Positions 1-9,117 of a DNA stretch of 64,000 nucleotides are shown here, in pieces. A model generated the notes under the pieces. That model was not told the DNA's origin. It did not search any database and saw nothing but the letters and a program-made list of their open reading frames with translations. This DNA is from Candidatus Heimdallarchaeota archaeon (lineage in GTDB: Archaea > Asgardarchaeota > Heimdallarchaeia > Heimdallarchaeales > Heimdallarchaeaceae): contig DXJF01000114.1 of assembly GCA_019057375.1 (NCBI GenBank), positions 44,632 to 108,631 on the forward strand, read 5' to 3'. The stretch's first letter is position 1. Each line of letters opens with the position of its first letter. The translations under genes and the position numbers were made by a program.

Positions 1-1
1 C

Positions 2-337
2 AACTTAGATTATGTAAATGCTGCAAGAGTATTAGGAGCAAGTAATCGGAGAATCATTTTAGTCCATATACTACCGAATATTTTAGCTCCTATCATTGTT
101 ATTGCCACAATATCCATTGCAGGAGGAATTCTCTCAGAAGCAGGATTAACCTTTTTAGGTTTAGGAAGTCCAACAACGATTTCTTGGGGACAGATGGTTA
201 ATGAAGCACAAACGGTTCTTAAAACGAACCCAGAATTAGCGCTTCTACCAGGATTCGCAATATTCTTTGTAGTACTGGCATTCAACTTGCTAGGAGACGC
301 ATTAAGAGATGCGCTAGATCCAAGATTAAGAGAGTGA
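2..337 (+). CDS. oppC: Peptide ABC transporter permease (OppC/DppC family), C-terminal part; 5'-truncated by the window edge
   Basis: Manual translation from position 2 gives NLDYVNAARVLGASNRRIILVHILPNILAPII...FNLLGDALRDALDPRLRE*, with the EAA-loop region and the typical C-terminal GDALRDALDPR. It lies directly upstream of two Opp/Dpp ATPases. Not in the ORF track. Confidence 0.9.
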   Translation, partial: NLDYVNAARVLGASNRRIILVHILPNILAPIIVIATISIAGGILSEAGLTFLGLGSPTTISWGQMVNEAQTVLKTNPELALLPGFAIFFVVLAFNLLGDALRDALDPRLRE

Positions 338-341
338 TACA

Positions 342-1376
342 ATGGCACAAAATAAAAAAATACTAGACGCACGAAATATTTACACATACTTCTATACTGA
401 GAGCGGTGTTGTTGAAGCCTTAGATGGTGTTTCCTTCGATGTTAATTATGGTGAACCTGTAGGTATTGTTGGAGAATCAGGCTGTGGTAAAACAGTCACT
501 GCTCACTCCACTTTACGTATCTTACCTAAAAATGGTAAAACTGTTGCTGGTGATATAATCTACAAGGGTGTTAACCTTCTTGATTTACCTGATCTTCAAA
601 TGAGAAGGATACGTGGTAAAGAAATTGCTATGATTTTCCAAGATCCTATGACAAGCTTGAATCCAATTTTCAAAGTATCAGATCAGATGACTGAAGTTAT
701 TGCTTTGCATAGAAAATGCAATAAGAAAGAAGCTTTAGAGATTGCTATTGAAACTCTTGATCAAGTAGGAATTTCCGAAGCTGAAAAACGTATTACTGAT
801 TATCCTCACCAATTTAGTGGAGGAATGCGTCAGAGAATTCTCATAGCCAGAGCACTTGCTCTTCAACCCAGTCTTTTGATTGCTGATGAACCTACAACTG
901 CTTTAGATGTTACAATTCAAGCACAGGTTCTTGAAATCATCAAAGAGATGCAAAAAAAACTAGGGTTAGCTATGATGCTCATTACTCACAATCTTGGAGT
1001 TGTTGCAGAGACTACAAAGCGAGTTCATATTTTCTATGGTGGTCGTGTCGTTGAATCTGGACCAACAGAAGAGATATTCCTTGATCCCAAACATCCATAC
1101 ACATATGCACTCTTTGAAAGTATTCCATCTCTGGAAAAAGACAAGACACGTCTTGAAACGATTCCTGGTAATGTACCAAGATTGATTAATCCTCCAAAGG
1201 GATGTCGTTTCCACCCGAGATGTAAATATGCAACTGAAATTTGTTCTCGTGTTCGACCTCCTGAATTTAAGTTTGGCAAGGGTCGTCGTGTTGCTTGTCA
1301 TCATTTCGAGGAACTAGATTTGCATATAGATATGGAATCTATACGTGAGAGTAAGGCTATAAAGGAGGAAGCATGA
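342..1376 (+). CDS. oppD: Oligopeptide/dipeptide ABC transporter ATP-binding protein
   Basis: Walker A GESGCGKT, signature FSGGMRQR, Walker B LLIADEPTTALD, C-terminal GCRFHPRC oligo_HPY domain. Confidence 0.95.
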   Translation: MAQNKKILDARNIYTYFYTESGVVEALDGVSFDVNYGEPVGIVGESGCGKTVTAHSTLRILPKNGKTVAGDIIYKGVNLLDLPDLQMRRIRGKEIAMIFQDPMTSLNPIFKVSDQMTEVIALHRKCNKKEALEIAIETLDQVGISEAEKRITDYPHQFSGGMRQRILIARALALQPSLLIADEPTTALDVTIQAQVLEIIKEMQKKLGLAMMLITHNLGVVAETTKRVHIFYGGRVVESGPTEEIFLDPKHPYTYALFESIPSLEKDKTRLETIPGNVPRLINPPKGCRFHPRCKYATEICSRVRPPEFKFGKGRRVACHHFEELDLHIDMESIRESKAIKEEA

Positions 1377-1377
1377 A

Positions 1378-2415
1378 ATGACAACGCTTGAAGAATATGA
1401 AACAATTGATCTCTTCTCTAATTGGGACCAAAAAACACAACCTATTATAACAATTGATAACCTAAAGAAATGGTTTCCTGTAAGTCAACAGTCAGTCCTT
1501 TTCTCTCGAGTGGTTGCAAATATTAAGGCTGTTGATGGGGTAAACCTATTTCTTAACAAAGGTGAAACTCTGGGTCTAGTTGGTGAATCAGGCTGTGGTA
1601 AAAGTACAACAGCCAGAGTTATTGTCAAGTTAGAAAAACCTACTGAGGGTTCTATTTATTTCAAAGGAATAGACATCTTCCAACCTATGTCTCGTGAAGA
1701 AGAACTAGCAGTTAAACGTCAATTACAGATGGTTTTCCAAGATCCTTATTCCAGTTTGAATCCAAGGAGAATGGTTCTTGATTTAATCAAAGAGCCTTTT
1801 GATATACATTATCCAGATATGCTCTATGAAGAAAAAGAATCAAGAGTCCTTGAAATTCTTGCAAAGGTAGGATTAGAAGATTACCATGCTTTAAGATATC
1901 CTCACGAATTCAGTGGTGGTCAAAGACAAAGATTAGGGATTGCAAGGGCTTTAGCAATTCACCCAGAAGTAATTTTGTTAGATGAACCAGTTTCAGCTCT
2001 TGATGTCTCTGTGCAGGCACAAATCCTGAATCTTCTACATGACTTGCAAAAGGATTTCGATCTAACTTTCATGTTTATTGCACATGATCTCAGTGTTATC
2101 AAACATGTCTCAGATAGAGTAGCAGTAATGTACCTAGGAAAAATCATGGAAATGTGTCCAACAGGAGAATTGTTTCGTAAGACAGCTCATCCCTATTCAG
2201 TATCTTTGCTTTCAGCTATTCCTCGTCCAGATCCTCGTATAAAAATGGATCGTATAATTCTTGAGGGTGATGTTCCAAGTGCAATTAATCCTCCTACAGG
2301 ATGTCCATTTCACCCAAGATGTTACAAGGCTCAAGAGATATGCTCAAAAGTTACTCCTCAATTAGAAGAACTAGAACCAAATCACTACGTTTCATGTCAT
2401 TTTCCAGAAATTTAA
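1378..2415 (+). CDS. oppF: Oligopeptide/dipeptide ABC transporter ATP-binding protein
   Basis: GESGCGKS, FSGGQRQR, LLDEPVSALDVSVQAQ, GCPFHPRC. Confidence 0.95.
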   Translation: MTTLEEYETIDLFSNWDQKTQPIITIDNLKKWFPVSQQSVLFSRVVANIKAVDGVNLFLNKGETLGLVGESGCGKSTTARVIVKLEKPTEGSIYFKGIDIFQPMSREEELAVKRQLQMVFQDPYSSLNPRRMVLDLIKEPFDIHYPDMLYEEKESRVLEILAKVGLEDYHALRYPHEFSGGQRQRLGIARALAIHPEVILLDEPVSALDVSVQAQILNLLHDLQKDFDLTFMFIAHDLSVIKHVSDRVAVMYLGKIMEMCPTGELFRKTAHPYSVSLLSAIPRPDPRIKMDRIILEGDVPSAINPPTGCPFHPRCYKAQEICSKVTPQLEELEPNHYVSCHFPEI

Positions 2416-2501
2416 TTTGTTACTTTTTTCTTTTCTTTTTATTTTTGAATTAACTCTGAACAATAGAGAGTTTTTTAACTTTCTTAGGTAACAACCCCAT
2501 A

Positions 2502-3080
2502 ATGCACGTGTCACAATATTTCAAGAAACGAACTTATACTTTCAAAGCATTCAGGCGAGACGTTTCAAAAATATTTAGAAATAGATCTCAGATTAGAGAA
2601 TCTAGGAAAACAGAAAGATTGTCTCCACAGTTCAGAGAGCGAATTATGTTAGCAGTAACAGCTGTTAATGGTTGTAGATATTGTGAGTGGGGTCACACAA
2701 AAGCAGCATTAAATCTTGGGTGTACAGAAGAAGAAATAGAACAGATTATGAAACACGATTTCGGTTCTTGTGACCCTGATGAAGTTATAGGTCTTGCTTA
2801 TGCCCAACATTATGCTGAATCAGGTGGATCACCAGCAGAAGACGCAAAACAGAAATTATTGGAATTTTATGGTGAACAGAAGGCTCGAGACATTCAACTA
2901 TACATAGATATGGTTACAATAGGGAACTTACTTGGAAATACAGTAGATGCTTTTGAAAGTAGACTAAAGGGTTTACCACCAGAAAATGGATCGTTTCTAT
3001 TTGAGTTGTTACTCTATTCCTTAGGTTTTCCTTTTGTTATTATCTTCAATAGAAAAGAGAAAAAGAAACGTAAAAATTAG
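2502..3080 (+). CDS. Carboxymuconolactone decarboxylase / AhpD-like protein
   Basis: ERIMLAVTAVNGCRYCEWGH is the CxxC-xx-H motif of the AhpD family. Confidence 0.8.
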   Translation: MHVSQYFKKRTYTFKAFRRDVSKIFRNRSQIRESRKTERLSPQFRERIMLAVTAVNGCRYCEWGHTKAALNLGCTEEEIEQIMKHDFGSCDPDEVIGLAYAQHYAESGGSPAEDAKQKLLEFYGEQKARDIQLYIDMVTIGNLLGNTVDAFESRLKGLPPENGSFLFELLLYSLGFPFVIIFNRKEKKKRKN

Positions 3081-4111
3081 TAGCCTTCTTCAAGATTTAC
3101 CTCATTCAAGAATTTCTTCTTACCTTTTGCAAATCTACGTAAATTTTCTATTTGTTCATCCCATCTTTTTAGATCACCCATAGGTGATGCACCTCTATGA
3201 GGGGACACAATGACATTGTCTAGTTCATGAAAAGGATATGAGGAAGGATATTTTTTCCCTTTGTCATCTTCTTCTGGTTGATAATTGTACCAAACATCGA
3301 TAGCAGCACCAGTTATTTTGCTTTCCTTCAGGGCTTCAAATAAACTCTTCTCTTCAATGATTGGTCCTCTACCTATATTAACAAGTAAACTATCTTCTCC
3401 CAGTAAGTCAAGTTCTTTTTCTTGGATTAAACCTTCGGTTACAGATGTTAAAGGTAAGGCAACAACTAGAATATCAATTTCTCTTAGGAATTTCGGAAGA
3501 TCCTCAAAAGAATACTGCTCTGCAGGAGTGACTAAAGGTTCCATTTGTTTGCTCCAATTATTTCTTAGAATGGAAAAATCGATATCGAATCCAGACAGAA
3601 AAGTGTGTACTAATCTATTAACTGCTCCATATCCTAGTAAACCTACTTTTCTTCCACGTAGAGGTATAGAAGTAGCAAATGAATCGCCTCGTCTCCAATG
3701 ACCCTCAACCATCCAATTATGGTGAAGAATAACCTTGTTCATTAGAGCCAATAAGATTGCTACAACATGTTGTGCAGTAAAGTAGGCATTACCATGTCCA
3801 TTGACTAAAGTTATCTTTCTATTTGTTGTTACTTCTCTGAAAAGAGGAACAAGATGTTGTACTCCTGCTCCTGGATTAATGAAAAGTTGAAGCTTGGTAG
3901 CTGCATTAAGTAATTCTTTAGAGGGACGCCACCCCATTATTATATCAGCTTCTGGAACAAGTTCTAGCAAATTTTGTTCAGAAAGATCTTCAGGAAAAAC
4001 TAGATTGACATTGGGATATCCTTTTAGTCCTTCTTCCAGATAATTTCTTAAAATATCGTTTGGTTTCCAGATACAAAGAACACTTACTTCTTTTTCACTC
4101 ATTATTGACAT
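3077..4111 (-). CDS. D-isomer-specific 2-hydroxyacid dehydrogenase
   Basis: GLLGYGAVN Rossmann motif, LVNIGRG, AAIDVW, SPHRG. Confidence 0.9.
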   Translation of the reverse strand: MSIMSEKEVSVLCIWKPNDILRNYLEEGLKGYPNVNLVFPEDLSEQNLLELVPEADIIMGWRPSKELLNAATKLQLFINPGAGVQHLVPLFREVTTNRKITLVNGHGNAYFTAQHVVAILLALMNKVILHHNWMVEGHWRRGDSFATSIPLRGRKVGLLGYGAVNRLVHTFLSGFDIDFSILRNNWSKQMEPLVTPAEQYSFEDLPKFLREIDILVVALPLTSVTEGLIQEKELDLLGEDSLLVNIGRGPIIEEKSLFEALKESKITGAAIDVWYNYQPEEDDKGKKYPSSYPFHELDNVIVSPHRGASPMGDLKRWDEQIENLRRFAKGKKKFLNEVNLEEGY

Positions 4112-4231
4112 GAAAAGATTACTTGATTTTAACCTTTAGTTTATAACTGCCTATGTATCTTACTAATTGATAACTAGAAGAGTGTATGAAAATGTCAAGG
4201 GTAAAGATATCTGTTATTAAAAATAGTTCAG

Positions 4232-5089
4232 GTGATTAAAATGAAATTTGGTTATACATTAGAAAACTTTGACATGAATTTAGAAAGAGATTTATTAATT
4301 GAAACTGCTAAAATTGCAGAAAAAGCAGGTTTTGAATCTCTTTGGACTGTTGATCATATCATGCAATCTGATGAAAAAGGTTTGACAATCTATGGAAATA
4401 CTACTACTGCACTCTACAATAATATTGCTGAACCCTTAACAACGATAGCTTTTCTCGCAGGACATACAAATAAAATTAAATTTGGAGTTTCTACTCTAGT
4501 TCTTCCTATAAGGAATCCCATTATTGTTGCTAAACAGTTAGCTACTTTAGATTATTTAACTAATGGAAGAATTGTAATGACATTCGGTGCGGGATGGAAT
4601 GAATCTGAATTTGGCTTTCTTGGAGAAAATTACAAGAAACGAGGAAGCAAACTTCGAGAATGTCTTCAGATTATAAGAGCCTTATGGAATGGTGAAACTT
4701 CATTTGAAGGAAATTATTATCAATTCCAAAACGTATGTTTCCAGCCATTAAGACCTGAACTTTCCAAATTACCCTTAATTGTCGCAGGAACATCTGACTA
4801 TATGATAGAAACAGCAATAGTATATGGTGATGGGTTACATCCAGCTGGTGCAAGTGGGCAGGAAATCAAACAGATAATTGCACCTTATCAAGATAGATTA
4901 AATGGTAGAGATTTCTATTTATCAGTTCATGTTGACATTTACAGAGATACGAATCTGGAAAAATTAGTTAACGATTATGAAGAAAATGGAATTCATAGAG
5001 TCATTTTTGATCTATCCAGAGGAGATATCAAGCCAGAAGAAAGAATAGAGTTTCTAGAACGATTAAGTGATTATGTAAGAAACTTTTAA
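4232..5089 (+). CDS. Luciferase-like (LLM class, probably F420-dependent) oxidoreductase
   Basis: AEKAGFESLWTVDH, AKQLATLDYLTNGR, GAGWNESEF. Confidence 0.85.
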   Translation: MIKMKFGYTLENFDMNLERDLLIETAKIAEKAGFESLWTVDHIMQSDEKGLTIYGNTTTALYNNIAEPLTTIAFLAGHTNKIKFGVSTLVLPIRNPIIVAKQLATLDYLTNGRIVMTFGAGWNESEFGFLGENYKKRGSKLRECLQIIRALWNGETSFEGNYYQFQNVCFQPLRPELSKLPLIVAGTSDYMIETAIVYGDGLHPAGASGQEIKQIIAPYQDRLNGRDFYLSVHVDIYRDTNLEKLVNDYEENGIHRVIFDLSRGDIKPEERIEFLERLSDYVRNF

Positions 5090-5116
5090 ACTATTTGTGA
5101 ATCAAATGTCATTTAG

Positions 5117-6409
5117 ATGATGTTTGATAAAGAATTAATTGAGCAAATTAGAACAGCCTTTCCTAGAGCAGTTTCTGATTTCAATGGACGGAAGCGTGCT
5201 TTCTTTGATAATGGTACAGCAACACTTGTTGTTGATAAAGCAGCAAAAGCTGAAACTGAAGCTCGAATCAATTGGAGTGCTAATGTAGGTGGTATTTTTG
5301 ACGAGTCCAGAAAAGCAAGTGAAATTATCCTTGCGGGGAGACAATCGGTAGCAGATTTCTTAAACACTCCCGACCCATCAACTATCATCTCTGGAGAATC
5401 TGCGACTTCATTGCTCTTTAACTTAAGCTACGCTCTTGGCAAAGAACTTACTGGTAATGAAAATGTTGTTACAACAGATTATGAGCATTATACTAACGTA
5501 GACCCTTGGGTAGAACTGAATAAACGTGGAAAAATCAAGCAGGTTCGATTTACCAAGCTGAATATGGAAGAAGGTACACTCAATATGGATCACTTACAAG
5601 AATTGATAGATTCTAACACAAAAATTGTTACCATTACAGCTGCTTCGAACATGCTGGGAACAAAAAGTCCTTCAGAAAAGATTGGAAAATTGGCACGAGA
5701 AGTTGGTGCACACTTTATAGTGGATGCAGTACATCACATTCCTCATGGCCCAACTGATGTTCAAGCTTTAGACTGTGACTTTCTTGTTTTTTCAGGATAC
5801 AAACTCTTTACTTCTCATGGTAGTTTTCTCTATGGTAAGAAAGAGCATCTTGAAGATCTTCAACCTTTCAAGGTAAGAACAGCTCCCAAAACTTCTCCTG
5901 GCAAATTCGAGTGGGGAACCAGGAATCAAGCAACATTCGCAGCTTTTAGTGGTGTTATTGATCATTTTCTTTGGTTATCAAAAGAAGTTCAATCCAAGTA
6001 CGAAAATGAATTCTCGAATTTTGATGAAAATAAGCGTGCATTGAAGATTGCAATGGATGCAATAGAACAGTACGAAACAGAATTTTCCAAAGCCATCCTT
6101 ACTGGATTTGATGACATCCCAGGTTTGCTAGACATGCCAAAAGTAACAGTATACGGATTGACTGACCTAAACCGATTAGACGAAAGAGACCCAACCTTTT
6201 CCTTTGAAGTAGAAAACATTCCTGAAGAAGAAGTAGTTAAACGCCTTTGGAAGGAAGGAGGGATAGCTGCTCGCGCAGGTCACTATTATTCATATGCTCA
6301 AGATATCTATAATAAGCAGAAGATTATCAGAATTAGTTTAGTTCACTACAATACAATAGAAGAAATCAGGCTATTCTTGAAAACCTTGGATTCAATATGC
6401 AAATCATGA
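5117..6409 (+). CDS. Cysteine desulfurase-like class V aminotransferase
   Basis: FFDNGT, VDAVH, FSGYK (PLP lysine), FEWGT, RISLVHYNT. Confidence 0.85.
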   Translation: MMFDKELIEQIRTAFPRAVSDFNGRKRAFFDNGTATLVVDKAAKAETEARINWSANVGGIFDESRKASEIILAGRQSVADFLNTPDPSTIISGESATSLLFNLSYALGKELTGNENVVTTDYEHYTNVDPWVELNKRGKIKQVRFTKLNMEEGTLNMDHLQELIDSNTKIVTITAASNMLGTKSPSEKIGKLAREVGAHFIVDAVHHIPHGPTDVQALDCDFLVFSGYKLFTSHGSFLYGKKEHLEDLQPFKVRTAPKTSPGKFEWGTRNQATFAAFSGVIDHFLWLSKEVQSKYENEFSNFDENKRALKIAMDAIEQYETEFSKAILTGFDDIPGLLDMPKVTVYGLTDLNRLDERDPTFSFEVENIPEEEVVKRLWKEGGIAARAGHYYSYAQDIYNKQKIIRISLVHYNTIEEIRLFLKTLDSICKS

Positions 6410-6449
6410 TAACACTCAACTCTAACAGAAATAAGTTAGATGGAAAAAG

Positions 6450-6531
6450 GAAGCTAGCGCTACTAAGCTTGCCATATCATTAATAAGAATGCAACGTCTG
6501 AACCACCAAGCAGAGTAGGCAAGCTAGCTTC
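6450..6531. repeat. Dispersed inverted-repeat element, copy 1 (GAAGCTAGC-N64-GCTAGCTTC)
   Basis: Perfect 9-bp arms at 6450-6458 and 6523-6531; related arms at 24225-24300 and 43823-43878. Confidence 0.6.
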
Positions 6532-6606
6532 AGAAGGATATGAAGAAAAGAGTATAAAAACACAAAAAAATTGAAACAATAATTGTAATTAAGAAAGAAG
6601 GAAGGA

Positions 6607-6683
6607 TGGCGCCGCTGGTAGGATTTGAACCTACGACCGATCGGTTAACAGCCGATTGCTCCACCAGACTGAGCTACAACGGC
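6607..6683 (-). tRNA. tRNA-Asn(GTT)
   Basis: Cloverleaf: acceptor GCCGTTG/CAGCGGC, anticodon arm ATCGG-CTGTTAA-CCGAT, T-loop TTCAAAT, encoded CCA. Confidence 0.97.
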
Positions 6684-6798
6684 ATACTTTTGGTTACATT
6701 CGTTCTACTTCCTTTTTCTTTTTAAACCTTTTTTTCTATTCTTTAATTTCTCATAGGAAGAATTATCAACAAGGAACCGTCAGTTTATTGGAGTAAAA

Positions 6799-7473
6799 AT
6801 GGATATTAAATCTCAGGAAGAGTTGTTTGAGAAGAATTGGGAGCATTATAGTAAAATTATGTTAGAAGATAAAGTACCTCTTTTTGATGATAGTGTAATC
6901 TACTCTGGAAAAAAACTCTACGATAAAAACAATCCTCCTTTTCTAGCCTCTATTGTTAAGGTTCCTCATTCCCTTTGTGAAAACCTCCAACAAATTCAAG
7001 CTGCTTTCGATAGGATTGATCACAGACATACTTATTTTCATCCCATATATTTTCACATTACTCTAAAAGAATTTGGCTGGGAGGACCAAGTAGAAATCAA
7101 GGAAATCAGTGAAAAAATGACAAGGGTTGCAAATAATTTTTCACCTTTTGAATTAGAAATCAAAGGAATTAATTGCTTTGAAAGAATCATTTTTGCACAA
7201 GTGTTCGATAAGAATCAGGTTCTAGAATCTATCTTTAATAAGATTTTTGAAGAGTTTCCACATTTGGAAAAATACTTCCCATTCTATATTCCCCACATAT
7301 CTTTAGCTAGAATAGAAACAACTGAAGCCAGGAATTTAATTCATGTGATAAATGAAAAATATAGAAATATGGAAATTGGATTTATGCGAGTAGAAGATAT
7401 TCAGATTGTAGCGGCTAGACCTTATCTAACGGTTGGAAGGATAGATATCCGTGAGAAAATCAGTCTTGGATAA
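6799..7473 (+). CDS. 2H phosphoesterase (2'-5' RNA ligase / LigT-like family)
   Basis: Two HxT/S motifs, FHITL and PHISL. Confidence 0.75.
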   Translation: MDIKSQEELFEKNWEHYSKIMLEDKVPLFDDSVIYSGKKLYDKNNPPFLASIVKVPHSLCENLQQIQAAFDRIDHRHTYFHPIYFHITLKEFGWEDQVEIKEISEKMTRVANNFSPFELEIKGINCFERIIFAQVFDKNQVLESIFNKIFEEFPHLEKYFPFYIPHISLARIETTEARNLIHVINEKYRNMEIGFMRVEDIQIVAARPYLTVGRIDIREKISLG

Positions 7474-7534
7474 AAGATAGTAACAATCAAAATATTTTTT
7501 ATACGAATATCATCAAAACTCCTTGCAAAGTATT

Positions 7535-7609
7535 GCCTCGGTAACTCAGTGGTAGAGTGATTGACTTGTAATCAATTAGTCGAGGGTTCAATTCCCTTCC
7601 GAGGCTCCA
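7535..7609 (+). tRNA. tRNA-Thr(TGT)
   Basis: Acceptor GCCTCGG/CCGAGGC, anticodon arm ATTGA-CTTGTAA-TCAAT, encoded CCA. Confidence 0.97.
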
Positions 7610-7630
7610 TCTTTTTCTTCTATTACTTCA

Positions 7631-8164
7631 TTACAGTTTACTCTTTGCTTTTTCAATTATGTTTTGTATGAAATCTGATTTGCCTTCTGTATATTTTTCT
7701 CTATCATTTCCATATTTAAGAAATAATTTCTGTTTAAGTTCAGAATATTGTTCTAATTCTTTTGGATATTTTCTCAAAAAATCTCTAAACAGAATATGTT
7801 TATCCCATTCATAATGACCTTTTAGCATAACATGAAGATGATGGGTTCTATAATTCTCTCCCCCTTTCACAAACATATGTCTATCTGGGATTCCCTGCTC
7901 TCCCCTATAGATAAAACCAACATTTTTTAGAGGAATAATGATTTTCTCAATATTATCAAGTGAATCAATAGCAACAGCGATATCTATTATTGGTTTAGCT
8001 ACAGAGTTTGGAATGGCAGTGCTTCCAATATGTTGGATATCAACTAGAAAATCAGCTATCACTGCTGACATTAACTCTTTTTCCTGTTTGAAAAAATCTT
8101 TCCACTGTAGATTATATGGTTTTAACAGAACTGTACCACGTTTTAAACCAATCATCAAACCCAT
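7631..8164 (-). CDS. GrpB family nucleotidyltransferase-fold protein
   Basis: IQHIGSTAIP...AKPIIDI, HHLHV, FRDFLR...Y..LK..L...DREKYTEGKSDFI. Confidence 0.9.
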   Translation of the reverse strand: MGLMIGLKRGTVLLKPYNLQWKDFFKQEKELMSAVIADFLVDIQHIGSTAIPNSVAKPIIDIAVAIDSLDNIEKIIIPLKNVGFIYRGEQGIPDRHMFVKGGENYRTHHLHVMLKGHYEWDKHILFRDFLRKYPKELEQYSELKQKLFLKYGNDREKYTEGKSDFIQNIIEKAKSKL

Positions 8165-8257
8165 TTTAAAAACAGTTTATTTAGATTTTTTCATCGCTCA
8201 TAATAGCAAAATGATGATGACTCCCTCCCTTCGACAGAGACCTTACTTTGTTTGTTC

Positions 8258-8578
8258 TTATGAACTATCAGCTGTTACTATTTCCATTAATCCTAATATT
8301 TCGAGTAGTTTTCTTTCTAAATCTATTCCTACTACACCTGCTAATGCTAAAGTACTAAGAAGACTTTCAATTAATTCATCCTCAATAGTTGGATCACATT
8401 CTAAACCTTCACAGTCATCTAATATTTGGCTAGCAAAAGCATTCAACATTTTTTCTCCCATTATTCTGCTTGGAGTTTTTGGAATATTCATTACATCTAA
8501 TTGTTTTACACTGTTTCTACTGTTAATGAGTTCAAGCAGTTTCTTTTGTGCCTCGTTAATTGTTACCATCATCATCAC
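8258..8578 (-). CDS. Small helical protein, possibly a degenerate MazG-like NTP pyrophosphohydrolase fold
   Basis: The C-terminal pattern EDELIESLLSTLALAGVVGIDLERKL resembles the MazG 'EElxD..l..lA...giDle' segment, but the catalytic acidic residues are incomplete. Confidence 0.45.
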   Translation of the reverse strand: MMMMVTINEAQKKLLELINSRNSVKQLDVMNIPKTPSRIMGEKMLNAFASQILDDCEGLECDPTIEDELIESLLSTLALAGVVGIDLERKLLEILGLMEIVTADSS

Positions 8579-8700
8579 CTATTCTTCGGAGTTTTTCCTA
8601 TTTATACAGAGATAATATTTACTTTTAAAATCATCTAATATATTTACTTAATGATTCATTGTTCCACAAGAAATCTAATAGAAAAAATTATTTTTTCCTT

Positions 8701-8795
8701 AGAGGTGGATTCGTTAAGAAGAGGGGCTGAATCTCCGAAGAACCACCGTTTCCATTGGAAACTATGGGGAGGGGCTTTAAACGGCTGAAAGACAA
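8701..8795. ncRNA. Candidate structured non-coding RNA of unknown family
   Basis: GC-richer intergenic patch with stems GGTGG/CCACC, ATTC/GAAT and GTTTCC/GGAAAC, and a C(UUCG)G loop on the minus strand. Confidence 0.35.
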
Positions 8796-8812
8796 CTAAT
8801 CATTAAATTTAG

Positions 8813-8849
8813 GATTTTTGTCGGGAGTCTGTAAACTGATTTTTGTCGG
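8813..8849. promoter_or_regulatory. 12-bp direct repeat GATTTTTGTCGG x2, 25-bp period
   Basis: Exact copies at 8813-8824 and 8838-8849 in the divergent intergenic region upstream of tRNA-Ala. Confidence 0.4.
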
Positions 8850-8975
8850 TAAATGTAATACCAGCCTATTATCAAAAAAAGTAGTTTTCACTTAAATTTT
8901 CAAAGGTTTATACTAAAACAAATCTTTTCGATATCGAAATGTTAAAAAAAGGAGGAAGGGAAGACAATCCAACAT

Positions 8976-9051
8976 GGGCCAGTAGATCAGTTGGGAGATC
9001 GCATCGCTTGCACCGATGAGGCCTCGGGTTCAAGTCCCGACTGGTCCACCA
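8976..9051 (+). tRNA. tRNA-Ala(TGC)
   Basis: Acceptor GGGCCAG/CTGGTCC, anticodon arm CATCG-CTTGCAC-CGATG, encoded CCA. Confidence 0.97.
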
Positions 9052-9117
9052 TTTTTACCTTTCAGAGTTAATGATTAAAGAAAGGTTTTTGTTTTCAAAT
9101 AGAATAAGGATTTTGAA

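Noticed and set aside
10-387. 125-aa minus-strand ORF
   Set aside because: Antisense shadow of the oppC 3' end, which has clear family motifs on the plus strand
6421-6540. Inverted-repeat elements as integron attC sites
   Set aside because: RYYYAAC and GTTRRRY boxes are not in attC order or spacing, there is no cassette array and no integrase
7938-8615. 225-aa plus-strand ORF
   Set aside because: Antisense to the GrpB and MazG-like genes; Ser/Ile-rich shadow composition
8701-8975. rRNA remnant or known riboswitch (lysine, TPP, cobalamin, fluoride) upstream of tRNA-Ala(TGC)
   Set aside because: No 16S 3' end (GGATCACCTCC) or 5S motifs; only short chance matches to riboswitch consensus, in the wrong order
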